DNA of 64,000 nt from Balanoglossus misakiensis (lineage: Eukaryota; Animalia; Hemichordata), in NCBI GenBank assembly GCA_040954595.2, contig CM082584.2, forward strand, positions 5,460,110 to 5,524,109, read 5' to 3'. The first letter of the stretch is position 1. Every line of letters starts with the position of its first letter. Both the position numbers and the translations under genes were made by a program. The notes below the pieces were generated by a model, which did no database searches, was not told where the DNA came from, and saw only the letters and a list, made by a program, of their open reading frames with translations. Positions 1 to 13,230 of this stretch are shown here, in pieces.

Positions 1-1988
1 TCAGTGAAGCTCATGTGTATGTACATTCGACAATGTTGTTGCTAATAAAAGTATTCAAGTCTGACTTAAAAGCCTCTATTTCTGCATAATATTTTGATGA
101 TTTTATTTCCAAACTTAGATTAAAACATACTAATAGGTATACATGAACATCTCATCGACACCCGATTATGACTGTATGTTGCAATTTGAACACGCTACAT
201 ATTAAACCGGTGCCGCACCCATTTAATCAGCCTCCATACAAACAGTTATATTTACTGAAGAGTCAAAATTGACTGAAACAGTCTCTCTTGGTAAGTGCTC
301 TAGGAAGCATAGGGTCTATGTAGGAAGGTTGTATAACGATGACAGAGTCTGTTTGTTGAAACGTGGCTTCAGAGACATCAAAGAATTTTTAACACCTGGT
401 TAATGAATGATTCTGAAGGGTGTTCAAACTACACCCCTGAAACAATGGGTATCAGGCTGAACTTAAGTCCACCCAGCCCTTGTGTAAAATTCTTATCTCT
501 ATCACAACCGCCGCTGTGACTGTCTTGTCAGGTTGGTACATGTTAACGGAAGAGAGAATGAAGAGGTCAACTTGGAGCACATACATTCAGATAAGAAGAT
601 GCTTGGCAGCCAATTTACTCAGGCCATATCAGTTGGTAGTCTTTTCACATGTTTCTCTGTCACTCCCGAACAGAGAAGAAATGAACAAGTCTTAATTTCG
701 TTCACATGTGCATTCCTCTATTTGAAGAGTTTTTAATACCAATAAACATTTAAATCAACTGTCCATGGAAGCATTCAATTGTTCTTGTCAGAGATCAGCT
801 GTGATTGTATGTCTCTATGTCTCTAACAGCTAATCATGGCTATGAGTGAGACCGGGATGCCAGGAGAAAATTCAATGTGAAGAGGCATCCAAGCAAGTTG
901 GTGTATCTGGCGTGGGATCGGTTATACATGCCGACACTGGTGTCGTAGCAGGTAAATATGATGCATGGTCATGCACAGGTTTTGTAGACTGTCAGCAGTC
1001 GCTCACGCCTACTTAATTTGTTTAATAAATTTGCGACGCAGGCACTATCATCAGAATCATATGCATGATTGACACACAGCATAAGTGGGATGTTGAGAGC
1101 AAAGGTGCAAGCCTGTGCCAGCTGTACATGTATAAAAATAACTTCATATTTTATAGCATATAGTATGCGAAACAAAGGTCAAAACAGCACAAGTTGCTGT
1201 CGACAGTCTAAATTGGTGAAAAACAATATGGTTGTCCTGGATACCAGTGTACACAAGGCAAGTCTGTCCTAATTTTTTCAGGCCAACCTTGAAATTTTCT
1301 AAGCCACATTGGGAGTATAGCACAAAAATACCATAATATAGTTATATGTTTAAGGATGACCTAGCTAGAGAGAGAAATGTAGAACAATGTCATAACCACC
1401 TTTATATGAAGTGTTATGAATGGCCTCATGACAGCTACAGCAAGACACACATTAGGAATCTAAAAGCTCAATTTTTAGCTGCACATTTACCCTAACTATT
1501 CAAGTATTAAATTTACCTACTCAACTTGTGTGGCAGCTGACAAGCAAGATGGGGTGTCCTCATGTTTCTCAAAGTACAGTCTAGCCATACTGGAAGTAAT
1601 ATCATTCTGTGTGCAGCTAGTGTAGTCACACAAGGTAGCACCATAGACCCTAGAGAAAGGTAGCACCGAGTTTTTAAGTAGCTCCAGGTTTTCCAGATTT
1701 CAATTAGAAATATTAACCAGGCCATTTTAGGAAAGTTCCTTGACTGGCCACTATAGAGACAGGTTTGACTGTACAATCACAAATGACTATTTCTCATTCA
1801 ACTTCGCCAAAGGAATTTCTCTTGGGCAAACGAACTCCAACCTCAAGTTAGCACTGGTCAAAAATAGTTTCACCCAATCACTGAGCTCGTATTAATTGTC
1901 CATGAGAGCCATATTACAATAGCCCATATAAGCATTGGGCATAAAAATTGAGATACAAATGTGAGCAGGATATGAGGCATAAATACTT

Positions 1989-2017
1989 CGGGGGGGGGGG
2001 GGGGGGGGGGGGGGGGG
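1989..2017. repeat. Poly-G homopolymer (~29 nt)
   Basis: Uninterrupted G run, visible directly. Confidence 0.9.
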
Positions 2018-2960
2018 AAGATTGTATTAAACACTTCAGCACTTCAGTTGTATTACCAAATATCCCCTTTATTTGAATGCAAGACTCAAAAAACAGTTGT
2101 CACAATCTTAGAATACTTCTTTCCTTTACACTTCACGACAAATCAGTTTTACAAATGCTTTTTACTGTAAACCAAATACATATTTAGCTTTACTAATATT
2201 AGTAGGTATTTACATAAAAAATGTCTAAAATTAAACTACTGTACGTGCATGATGGCCACAATTTATTCTGAAATTTATAACCAAAACAAAACAAAATTGA
2301 TAATACCATGATTTGAAGGGATAGATCAAAAGTTGAAGCGTGAGATTTTATAAGAAAGCTAGTATAGCAGATTATTGACATCAATTCCACCCCCCCCCCC
2401 CCATTGCCATCGCATATTTGATATTATTCAAATGGTTGTATACATTAAGACAAATTACATTAAGCTTCAGAAAAACATCACAAACTGACCAGCTGGGTAC
2501 ATCATCTTTCAGTCTTCTGCTTTACACTATAAATATTCCTGCCTATAAATTTCAGTTCGAATTTCCAAACAAATCTGTAAATTTACAGTAGTAAATATAG
2601 CAGGGCGAGACATTTATTTGTCTGAGAAATAGTTAAATGCAAAGAAATCAGAATGCCAGTACCGAGGGCAAAAATAACTCCATATGTCAGAACTACGCCA
2701 TGATTCAGAGGTTCAATGAAACGCCATTATCTTCAGAGAATATGTTAACACTATGGAATAGATAGTAAAACATGTTCCCATTAAAATTCATAAAGCTCTC
2801 TTGGTACATGGACAAGTGAGTATGTCTTTAGAATGTTAGGTACAACTTTAAGCTTTTCACCCCCTGTTCGCTCTTCATTGTACATTGATTAGAAACTGCT
2901 CTTATCAAGTGTTCATGAGCATTGGTGCAGTTAAACTTTGGATTTTTATTGTAACTACGA

Positions 2961-3137
2961 TTAACCCTCTCAGGCCTAAACTCGTACACCGAGTGCTAAG
3001 AATGAGTATATTACATTTACCAGTAACCCAGGCATGGAAGGCTTAACCCTTTGATCATTATGGTTTAGCCCAACCGCATTGTTCTCAATGACAATGCCGG
3101 ACCTCTTTATACAGGAAATGGTGGTGAAAGGATTAAA
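2961..3137. mobile_element. Two adjacent very short piggyBac-like remnants sharing a TTAA site
   Basis: ttaaCCCTctcaggcct...ggcatggaaggcTTAAccctttgatcat...atggtggtgaaaggattaa; both have degenerate TIRs bounded by TTAA. Confidence 0.4.
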
Positions 3138-3594
3138 AGTTATCAAAACTGATCATTTAGCCATGTTGGTTGTCTCGTTTGAGTAAAATATTGCTAAGCC
3201 CTGTGAAATGTGACTTTCATAGAGAAATCTGAAAAAGGACTTAAGTGTGATTACTAATAAAATGGAATTTTAGGTGGAAATACTTCAAATATAGGTCCTT
3301 CCGAGAAATAACCCTTTCAAACTTGTCTTCCATCAAGATACTTTGTAAATTGGAATTGTTACATGATTGACAGCATCGGGTCGATTTTGTATTCGCATAA
3401 TCCTCACATGCGACAAGTATGCTTATACACATTAACCCCTGGAATCCCAAAACATGAAAAAGAGAGAGAAAATAATTTTCCCTTGTTGAAAAAAAATTGT
3501 CAATAAACCAAACAACAACATCTCATGCCACAGGCAAACACTATTCACCTGAAACCCTGCTTTGCACAGTGTTGGGAAAAGAGCCTCATGTAAG

Positions 3595-6500
3595 TTAGAT
3601 CTTTGACTGTGTTTTCTCAATTTCAATTTTCAGAGGCAATGGTTCAACATCGTCATCAGGTGATGCTGGCTTGATGTATACTGGATACGGATATTTCTCT
3701 TTGCAGTCATTCAAGTATTCCAAATCACCATATATACTCAGCTTCTGTAAAAGAACATATGTATACATTTACATGTATGTAAAGTAAAACATGACCTGAT
3801 AAACTGATCAAAATTACCAAATTCTTTTCCTGAATGTCAACTAAAATACTTGAGCAAAACGTTTGCACATACATGTACTTTTAAAAATTAAAATTTATGT
3901 ACATGGAATTATCTTGCAGTCAAGTTTATGCATCAGATCATTTAACAGATAAACCTGTCAATAGTGGCCAGTCAAGGGACTTTCCTAAATAGACAGGTCA
4001 ATTTATGTACACATAAATTGCACAGGGACTGCAATAAAGTGGCCACTATATAGAGGTGGCTGCCAACACAGGTTTGACTGTATACACCAGAATTGTCAAA
4101 TGACAATCCACACATAATGACTGGCTGTGAGTGTAACAGCACACAACAGTTCATTTGAGAGAATGTGAGAAACTCCAGAGATCTAGGGCCGGCCAAGGGC
4201 AGCAAGGCAGACAGACATGCATGCTGTTAGCCAGCCATGGCCAGTCAATAGGGGCAAGGCTTGTAATTCACTTCCTAGTATGTTTACCCACAAAGGTAGT
4301 TCGTAAAAATAGTACATGTAGTGCATTACCTAACATTTTGAGACCCGAATTGATGCTCAACAGGATTTACAATTTTCATATGTAGCGTTTTTGTAGAGAT
4401 CATCATGAGATGCATTCGAAATTCCCAATGGTGTTAGAGAATGTGGTGGACTAATTTTGTTGTACAAAGGGTGACGTACTGCAATGTGCAGGCTTTGTAA
4501 ATGTTGGGATGCATTTAATCTAAATTACCACTGGGGGCGCTGTTTTGACCACTCAAAAATCCAATGGAATTGCCAGCACGAAAATAATTTCACTGTATAT
4601 GCTGGGTTTTGAGACCTCATATCAAAATCAGTGCAGTGTGTTTAGACTCACCTCTTTGCGTACTCTCTGATCTGGGGCGGTGACTGTAGTGGCACAACAA
4701 AGCCAAAGTAAAGCCATGGATGAAAGGAATATCGTCGCACTTAACACCCATCTTGGCAGACCGGATTTCTTGGAGACACAGGCTAGCCAGTCATTACCAT
4801 CCTCATCATGCAACATCATAGCTGTTCCCTTATCACCATAGATAGTAGGGTCATCATTTTTTAAAGCTTGCAAGTTTGTTTCGATATCACGTAACATCTT
4901 GTCAGAACCAAACACTGTTAAAAGAAGAATATCAATAATCTCAGAAATCACATTGAAAATGTCATTCATACAGGCCTTGAGGATATATCAGTGTTTTCAA
5001 AATGAATCTTAAATTAGCAGATTATCATTAACGTGACATGTTTTCTGAGGGACACCATGGCATTTACGTGTATCAGAGTAATTGAATTATACAAATTACA
5101 TCAATGTTTGTTGACATGGATACTGTAGAAATGCATTGTTACCCCCAATACCAGATGCATAATTTCAATATTGTGCACCTACCATTATCATTATCAGCCC
5201 AAGGACCGGAAGTAAATATCTGAGGTTGTGACTGGAACATATACATTTTACCATTGTCAGATTCCATGTACATAGACCAAGACCAGGACACGTAGCTTTT
5301 TGCATTATCCATGAAATCATTGCAGAAGTGACGCACTAACATTATGGGTTCCAGAACATGGATTGGAGATGGTTCCATTGCAAGCTGGAAGAGAACACAT
5401 TTCATGCTGACAGTTTGTTGGCAGGAAACCCCCTCTGACAGATTATTTAGCACCATCTTACAAAGAAATGCATTACCATATTAAGAGATATGTACTCACT
5501 TTTTCTCTCCTCTGCTTTGCAACAGGAACTTGACTTTGACAACCCAGACTGCAAGCATATCTGTTGCCAGTTTTCAAGTAAGCTTCCTGACACGCTATTG
5601 CAATTGAGAGTAAGAAGGAGAAAAAATTAAAATGTGTCAATGACACTTCCAGTTTTTTATACGTCTTAGCTGTACCATGCATAATGTGTAATCGATTTAC
5701 ATAAAACCCCATGAAGTTTTCCTCAGTTTTATGTCATCATATGCAAGTGTGCGTTTTTTTTTTTTTGTGAAGCCACATAACTTACACAGGATTTTGAGCT
5801 CACCAGCCCTTTGGGCCAAAAGCATGACGATGTGTGGTTTGGTGAAAAACATGAGTGTTGTACAACAGAAAACTTCAAAGGATTATATACATGTATTGAT
5901 TGCATGATATTTTTCTTACTTTTTGATTGAACATGTAGGACAAAAACTTTTCAGTAACTTGCTAAAATATCCGAGCAGTAGAGTAACCTGAACGATACCA
6001 GAGATAATTCAAGCAGTGTCTGTGTTTAGTTGATCATTCAAAGTTTCACTTAACATGCACAAAGCAAATAAAGTTGTTGAGCCAAAAAACAACAACAACT
6101 CCATATTTACCTGCATTGCAATGATTATATGTCATGTTGAAATCCTCAGAATCTTCGACAAACTCCACAATAGAAAACATTCGACATCCTCTCTTGCAAG
6201 CAAACAGGTGCTCTGCCTGTAAAATGAATAATTTTGCCACAATGGTTAAAGTTACCAAGAATATTGTATGAAAATTCCATGTTGCTTTTGGAGCTGGATG
6301 GATCGCCCTCAAACAGAAAAGAAGCCCTAGAAATGCACTGGCTGCCAAGAGTCAATACTCTTTGATCACTCATTCAACGAGCTGGATCACTTTTCAAACT
6401 TTCTGTGAATGTCTGTCATGCACCTTTATATTTCCTGTGAATAATTTTCTTGCATCGCCAGTGACTTTGTAGAGTGTCATGTTTTAATTATATAATAATA

Positions 6501-7861
6501 GTAAGTGGACTCACTATTAAACAGGTATTTATTTTTGCAGCATGCATCTAGATCATATAGGACTTACAAGATCCAGAAATTTTGTCCATCAGGACAACCT
6601 ACTAGTAATTCAAACTCTACAATACATGATATCAAGGAGCACGATGAAATCATGTTTAGTTTCAGGTCTATACATGTAACTCCCACTGTCGTCTCTCACA
6701 CAACTATGAGCTTTGCCACTACACATTACAGAAACAGTACCACTCTGTTTGTTAGTAGTAGAAATGTAATCTGCATCAGGTGGTAACAGCTTGCAGCTCT
6801 CCCGACCTACCACTTAAAAATGAAGACGTCACACCAAAACAAAAAGCGTTCAGACACAGCAATTCTGCAAAATCAGTGTTCTATTATCAATGAAGTTTGT
6901 ATTAAATTTTAAGTTTTACATTAACATAACAATTTATGCCATATTTATTAAATGCGTTTAATTATTTGTAATGATTATTGAGATCCACATGTATGTATGT
7001 ACCTTGTTGCTCCACTGGGTATTTTACCTGCGTGTGCTGTTGTTGAAATCAATTTTCCCCTTAGTCGCACTGCTTTTTATAGCGACAGAGCCAGACCTTT
7101 TTCTGTCTGTGCGCCTCAGTTGTGGAATTCATTACCCTCACATCTTGAGCATCTTCTACATTTGATAAAGTAGGGTTAAAAACTAGCTCTGGACTTATAC
7201 CCAAACAGCGTATAAGTCCAGAGCTAGGTTAAAAACCTACCTTTTAAAATAATTTTATACACAATTCCCATTGTTTGACCCCGTTTAACTACGCTTTAGC
7301 TGTTTTATTTCTCTTGTCACTTATAATTTTGAAATTTTACTTGATTGTAAAGCAGATTGAGACATACAATGAATTATGTAATGTGCTATATAAGAATTAA
7401 ACATTATGATTTTTCTCACATGGACTGTGGACGTATAAATACAAAGGCGTGTCCTGTTATTGTTATTATACTTGTGTAAACAAAACATCTTTAACACAAC
7501 ATTCAGAGCAAATTGCAATGCTTTGCACACACAGGCAGCAGAATCACACTGCCGGGTGGCCTGATCCAACCCGTAAATAAGAAATCCTTGCGTTATAAAA
7601 CAGTGTACAATTGTTGACAATACAATGCAAATGTTCCCTTGAAAGTTGAAGAGGGGTTGTTATGAACATTGAACATGTTGAAAGATACAAAAATTACACA
7701 AAACAAACCTTCGGGTATGTATGAAGTGGGTAGGTCTGTTCACATGTTTCCATACAAGGTGACACGTCGTCTAATATGTTGTCGAAAACATCTGAGGACT
7801 GTACACTCTTCGACAAAAATGTTGTCATGAACAGAGCTACACACACCAAATAAGTCGCCAT
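3595..7861 (-). CDS. TMEM59: Transmembrane protein 59 (TMEM59/TMEM59L family), 6 coding exons, ~322 aa
   Basis: Exons 7861-7709, 6216-6111, 5594-5500, 5384-5183, 4914-4652, 3744-3595, all GT-AG and phase-consistent. Signal peptide MATYLVCVALF, then FDNILDDVSPCMETCEQTYPLHTYPK, ACKRGCRMFSI, ACSLGCQSQ, DWLACVSKKSGLPRW, a TM helix and KLSIYGDLEY, all characteristic TMEM59 motifs. Confidence 0.95.
3950..4082. mobile_element. Tc1/mariner-like MITE copy (CAGTCAAACCTGT family), left end eroded
   Basis: Shares aaacctgtc..tagtggccagtcaagggact...acaggtttgactgta with the copies at 35980-36162, 37266-37431 and ~1700-1773. Confidence 0.7.
7184..7226. mobile_element. 43-bp miniature inverted-repeat element with a 10-bp target-site duplication
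   Basis: tagctctggacttatac-ccaaacagc-gtataagtccagagcta (17-bp perfect TIRs), flanked on both sides by ggttaaaaac (7174-7183 and 7227-7236). Confidence 0.7.
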
Positions 7862-7946
7862 CTTTGCCAATCCACAATATACTCAACTCTCGCGTTACGC
7901 GAGAATAGTCTTCGTCACGTTCCTACGAGACTTGTGGGACCAAGTC

Positions 7947-7986
7947 TGATCCCCTGTCTCATTCCCGCCGCTGGCTGCGCTATGCT
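7947..7986. promoter_or_regulatory. ~40-bp motif upstream of TMEM59, shared with the SLC35D upstream region
   Basis: tgatcccctgtctcattcccgccgctggctgcgctatgct versus tggttccctgccccaatcccaccgctggctgcgctacgct at 41335-41374. Confidence 0.5.
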
Positions 7987-10165
7987 TCAGTCTTAGAGTG
8001 ACAAAAAGCTCAGCAAACAAAATTTATTCGTTTATGCTCACCCCCTCTCCCCTACACGAAAGTTCATGTTGATTTGCAAAATAAACTGCCATGTTGAAGT
8101 TTGGCTATAGATATTGAGTAATGTTTGCCTACGATCACATGCAAGAAAATTGGAGTAAATTTATCAAATTATGAACACTGGGAACTACCAGAGTGAGGGG
8201 TTAAATATTAAATGTGGGTGGATTCTTTGGAATTAGATTTTGGTTTAATAAAAACGTAATTTAGGAAAAATTCTGTCACCTATTAGTGTGAAACCCCCTC
8301 CCCTAAACGAATTCATTTCATTTGTTCAGTTACCTAAATTTGTACTGGTTGATCAAGTTGATGTCAATCTGGTGAAGAATTTGGCCAATTCATATATAAA
8401 TGATCAAAGATATCACACCAAGACACTTCCTGGGATAGAAAAATATTCTAGGATGAACACAAAAGAGAGTAAACACATTTTACAAGTTAAAATGTATTAT
8501 TTTAATTTAAAATGTGATTTTGAAATACAGCATATTTTTGTTACAATAAAAATTCAAAGAATATATAGATACATGCATATTTTGATTAAATACACTTCAA
8601 GGTGTGTACATTGCAATTGGATACGGAGTATGAGTGGTAACTATGGTTACAAGTTGGGAATGTACTTTTCTGTCAATCAACTACATTGATGTCTGACTTC
8701 ATTTAAATTCTGTAATATTACAAATATGCTTGATGGGTATATAATGCAGTTAACTTTTGTAAAGACTTGAAACACACAAAGTGGGAGATTATAACTTACA
8801 ATGACAAAATGCAGAAATAGTTATTAATTCCAATACAATAAATACTGTACATAACATCCCATTTGAAATTTAAGTGCAAAAATACTCAGAATGGTGTAAG
8901 ATGATGAAAAGGGAATCTCAAATTGACAGTAGTTGACTCATTATCGACATTTGAAGATTTTCATAACAGAGAAAAATCACCACTACAGCATATGCAAAAA
9001 GTAGTTTCATAAACACTATTCTCTCATTTCATCAGAATTGTTACATTCAAGTTTGAAATATACTGTATTTCACCTGGTTAAGAGTCCAGGAACCTGAACT
9101 TGAAAAATGTTGCATCTATACATGTATTTGGACTCATACTGTTCAATTTCCAACACACATTCAAAGGGGCACCTTTACATTTGACATTTACATAATTTAT
9201 GAGACATCAGATGAATAAATCTGATAGCAACCATGCGGGCTTAAAACATGAGGTTAGCAGTACCTGAAAAATAGTTTTTGACTAAAATGTCAAATATGCC
9301 ACGATCGGCATTGCAGATAAATCAAAGCATGTTCGATTAATGTGTAGACATTATTGGTAAATGATGTGGTATTAAAGCCTTATGAGCTGCAATTTTTGGG
9401 GTAAATTATCATGAAATTTATTTTCAAACTGTACCAAAATTAGCCCATACAGATGTATGAAATGAAGTATATACAATATTAGAAACCCTAAGTATGAGTG
9501 CATATGCAAGTTTTAACCAGATAAATAATAAAGCTTTGCCGCAATCAAATGTGGCCGCCACCACGGGAAAACGAAAATACAACGAAAATGTTGCATTCCC
9601 CACTTTGAAACTTTATTCAAAAACATGATCTGATACTGATGATGCAGACACAGTTGGTCTATTTGACCTATGACTTCCGAATGTAAACAAACAATTTCAC
9701 AGTGCATTTATAGAAGAACATTTTTTCCTGAAAGACATTCATACCACACATACCAAAAACATATTTTAAAACCGGTCTTTTAAATGTCATGGGAATCTGT
9801 CAAGCGGTTGACCAAAAATGGTAAAATGGCAAAAAATTCTCCTGAAATACAAAATTGATATTTTACCATCTTGTTGGCATATTATAACATCACTTGGCCA
9901 TACAAACCAGAATATTAGTAAAAAAAATTCATGAGCACCTTCTAAAATGGATTTTTCAAATATAAATTGCCCCACAAATACATTGACATTTTCTATACAA
10001 CTTTGGAACACACATACTTGCACAGACACACATACATAATATAATGTAGATACATACAGACATGTATATATACAGACAGACAGACATAGAGACAGATCAA
10101 CAGGCAAAAACTGACTGACCTATAAACTGTCAACAGTATGTGTACATATACCAAACGGGAGTTAA

Positions 10166-10774
10166 AGGGGAAATCCGTCGTAGCTGATTTCTACATAATT
10201 TGGTAGCTTTGATGTCACTCTTTCAGAAAAAAACATATTCGCCATGTATAGGTCGCGCGATTTTTTACAAAATCTAGGGAAAGTTCCAATATGGCGTTTA
10301 CTGTAATTTGAATCATGGGAAAAAAAGCGCCAGGACCAACTTCCGACCACCATGGTGTGGGTGATACCATTCTCCGATAGGTGTCACTGGGCGACAGACT
10401 AGGCGTATTTTCATAGCTATTGTTTGTTCTTTGCATCAGTTGATAAACAATCATCAGCAAAGTCGAAAATTTGTCATCTATTGACAGTTTTCATGAGCTA
10501 TAACCCATGGAAAATATGCAAATACGCTTAGCTTGTGACGCAGTGACACCAATCGGAAAATGGTATCACCCACACTAAGGTGGGCGGAAGTTGGTCCTGG
10601 CGCTTTTTTTCCCATGATTCAAATTACAGTAAACGCCATATTGGAAATTCTGCCAACTTTCCCTAGATTTTGTAAAAAATCGCGCGACCTATACATGGCG
10701 AATATGTTTTTTTCTGAAAGAGTGACATCAAAGCTACCAAATTATGTAGAAATCAGCTACGACGGATTTCCCCT
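10166..10774. mobile_element. Non-autonomous Kolobok-type DNA transposon (MITE) with ~240-bp near-perfect TIRs
   Basis: TTAA|aggggaaatccgtcgtagctg ... cagctacgacggatttcccct|TTAA. A TTAA TSD with purine 5' termini fits Kolobok rather than piggyBac. Explains the mirror-image ORFs 10162..10353(-) and 10560..10778(+). Confidence 0.85.
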
Positions 10775-11810
10775 TTAACAACAGAACAGCTGGTCTCTTT
10801 GACAGCTGCCTTAAGTTATGGACTCGGGCTCAGTGAGTGATGTATTGGACTTGCCTGCAGTTCGTCCAATACACGTCATTCACTGAGTCTCTCGCCCATA
10901 AAAGGCAGTATTTTTCAGGGTGTATGAAACAATCGAACACATAACATCTTATCAGTATTCCTATTTACATAATGGTCCTCAGAATGTACAAACAGCCTTC
11001 AAAATGGCAAGGATGGATGGAAATTATAAAAATTTAACTAAAACCAGAAAATTCCAATTATTGGCAAAATGCAATTGACTTTTAAATCACAAACCAGAGT
11101 TAGCCCCTTTCTTGAATCTTCTGATAGTGTTTAATGCTGTAAGATCCAGTACTTGTCTACTAGATATATTAAGAATCACCATCTTTGCAAGCATTTGTTT
11201 CATGGGTGTCTGTATCGTCAGTTGTTACAACTATGTCCATAACACCTTTTGTACATCACAAAGATGGCATATCCATGTAGGTATGTGATGCCTGCTTGGG
11301 TGAACTTCTCCTTCAATATACCGCATAATAATTAAATAAACCATGGTGGTTTTGGCCTCTAAGCTGATAACACACTGATTGTCTATCATGAACATTCATT
11401 ACATGTTCAATGCATAGCATCCTCCATATACCACAATATTCTCAAAACACCTCTCTCTTTTCTGGGGTTTATTCAAACGTAACAACAATGACAGAATTTG
11501 AATAATTCTAATTAACATGCTTGTTAATCACACATCTTATATCTGACATAGTAAAAACTTGCGACATGTCACATGATAAAATTTTGTGTTGAAAAGTTGA
11601 TGTAAGGAACCCAGAAATATTGTTTCTTACAGGACACACCGGTTCGAGATGATGTGATAGATCATGACAGTGTTACATGAAGGTCCTCTTTAAATATTTA
11701 ATAAAAAGTGATAGTACAATGTTAGTTGATCTTCCATTTAAACACCATAGATCTCCGCAGGGGGTAATCAAGTAGCGTGGTAGGGAGTGTATTTACAGTG
11801 CATGCACGTG

Positions 11811-11829
11811 TTAGTAGCCATAATATTCA
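11811..11829 (-). CDS. Putative alternative terminal coding exon of HOOK (adds ...SEYYGY*)
   Basis: Strong acceptor ttcc(t)nctcttttcag|TGAATATTATGGCTACTAA, in phase with a phase-2 donor ACAAG|gtgaat that overlaps the proximal stop codon at 15664-15666. Confidence 0.5.
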
Positions 11830-13028
11830 CTGAAAAGAGAAAAAAAGGAAATCAAGGGTAATTAAATAAGAAGGGGTTGAAATATTTGATATTAAAATAA
11901 GTACTTATAATAATAAATGGTATGAGAAAAAAAGAATTCAACTGAATTATTACAAGCAAAATGGATAATAACTGCTGTAAAAGTATTCATTAACGAAACA
12001 TTACCATGAAAGTGAGAAATCAAGAGCAATGGACAGACATGGAGCAACATGCAACAAAATAAGGAGTCAATTATTGACCATAATCCGATTCAAAATAGAG
12101 ATTCCTGAAATAAAAATCCAAACTATAGAATTTTTATCATATCTGGTGCAACTTGTTTAGTGTGGGAGTAAGGATGAAGTCTCTCAGAAATAATTGGGAC
12201 ATAGAAAATTAATTTCAGTAGTTGGCTGTAAGACTGACTGTTCTAGAGGGGCAGGGTGATCTGAACTGCACTGTATTAATTGCTGCCGCTGTTCTGGGAG
12301 ACTCTCCTAACTAATATGTGTTGAAAGTAATTTGGTACAGATGCATTGTTTGCCATGGTGTACAATGTAGTAGTTAAACTTCGCACCAACTTTGACTTGC
12401 AACTTGACAGCCGCAGATAGGATGACAATTAAATAATAACACATGTTAGCGAGGGCAATATCATGATCTTTGGCCTGCACGAGGGATGGTGATCTCTGAC
12501 CATACTATTGATGATGCCCAAGCCATTGAACGACAGTTTGTTGTGCGCAGAAAAGATGTGCAGAACCTAAAACCTGTTCTCAGCCGGCAATATACTCTCA
12601 GCGCGCGCGTATCCCCGGCCCGTAGCCCCTACCTACGGGCCATAGACTCTGTCAACCATGTAATACCACGTTCTTTTCTATGTCACGTGGTACGGTCTCA
12701 GCCAATCAATAGTACGGAATACAGAGTGAGGTGTAATAAAAGAAACCAGGCTAATGCACACTACAACAATCAAAATATCAGCTGATGTACACTGAATTTG
12801 TGAGCATGACACATGGAAAGGTACATTTAAATTTAGTATTCTCTATTACACGTGTAAAAACAGACCAAAGGCTATCACATACTTTTAAAAGAAAAATGTT
12901 GGTCCCTTACTGACCAAAGCAAGGCCCAGGTTGCATTGATTATGTGTTTGGATTGTCAAAGGAAAGCAATCATACAAAACCTTTAGTGATATCATGTAAA
13001 CAAGTTCTGGTTCTTTATTGATCCATAT

Positions 13029-13230
13029 TAGGGACAAAGTCTCTCTTTCGCCGCTGCCCTTTTTCCATTAATTATGTTTGATACCAGACACCGTTTATGT
13101 TATTCTACATGTGAATAGTGAATCAAAGTTCGACCACACACAACTTCCATCCCACTTGTAGATATGAGAGTGAAAAACTCGCCAAAATGAATAATCGGTC
13201 TCGACTGTTTATTCATTTTGGCGAGATATC
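13029..13230. mobile_element. Truncated copy of the AGGGACAAAGTCTC Kolobok-like MITE family
   Basis: agggacaaagtctctctttcgccgctgccctttttccattaattatgtttgatac... is homologous to 19776-20123. Confidence 0.7.

Noticed and set aside
4526-4543. CTCF-like site ccactgggggcgctg in a TMEM59 intron
   Set aside because: One base short of the canonical CCASYAGRKGGCRS spacing; cannot be supported without a PWM scan or ChIP data.
8288-8689. 133-aa plus-strand ORF divergent from TMEM59
   Set aside because: AT-rich, starts with GTG, and shows no recognisable motif or exon structure.
10162-10778. Mirror-image ORFs encoding the same peptide on both strands
   Set aside because: Artefact of the MITE's terminal inverted repeats; no transposase motifs.
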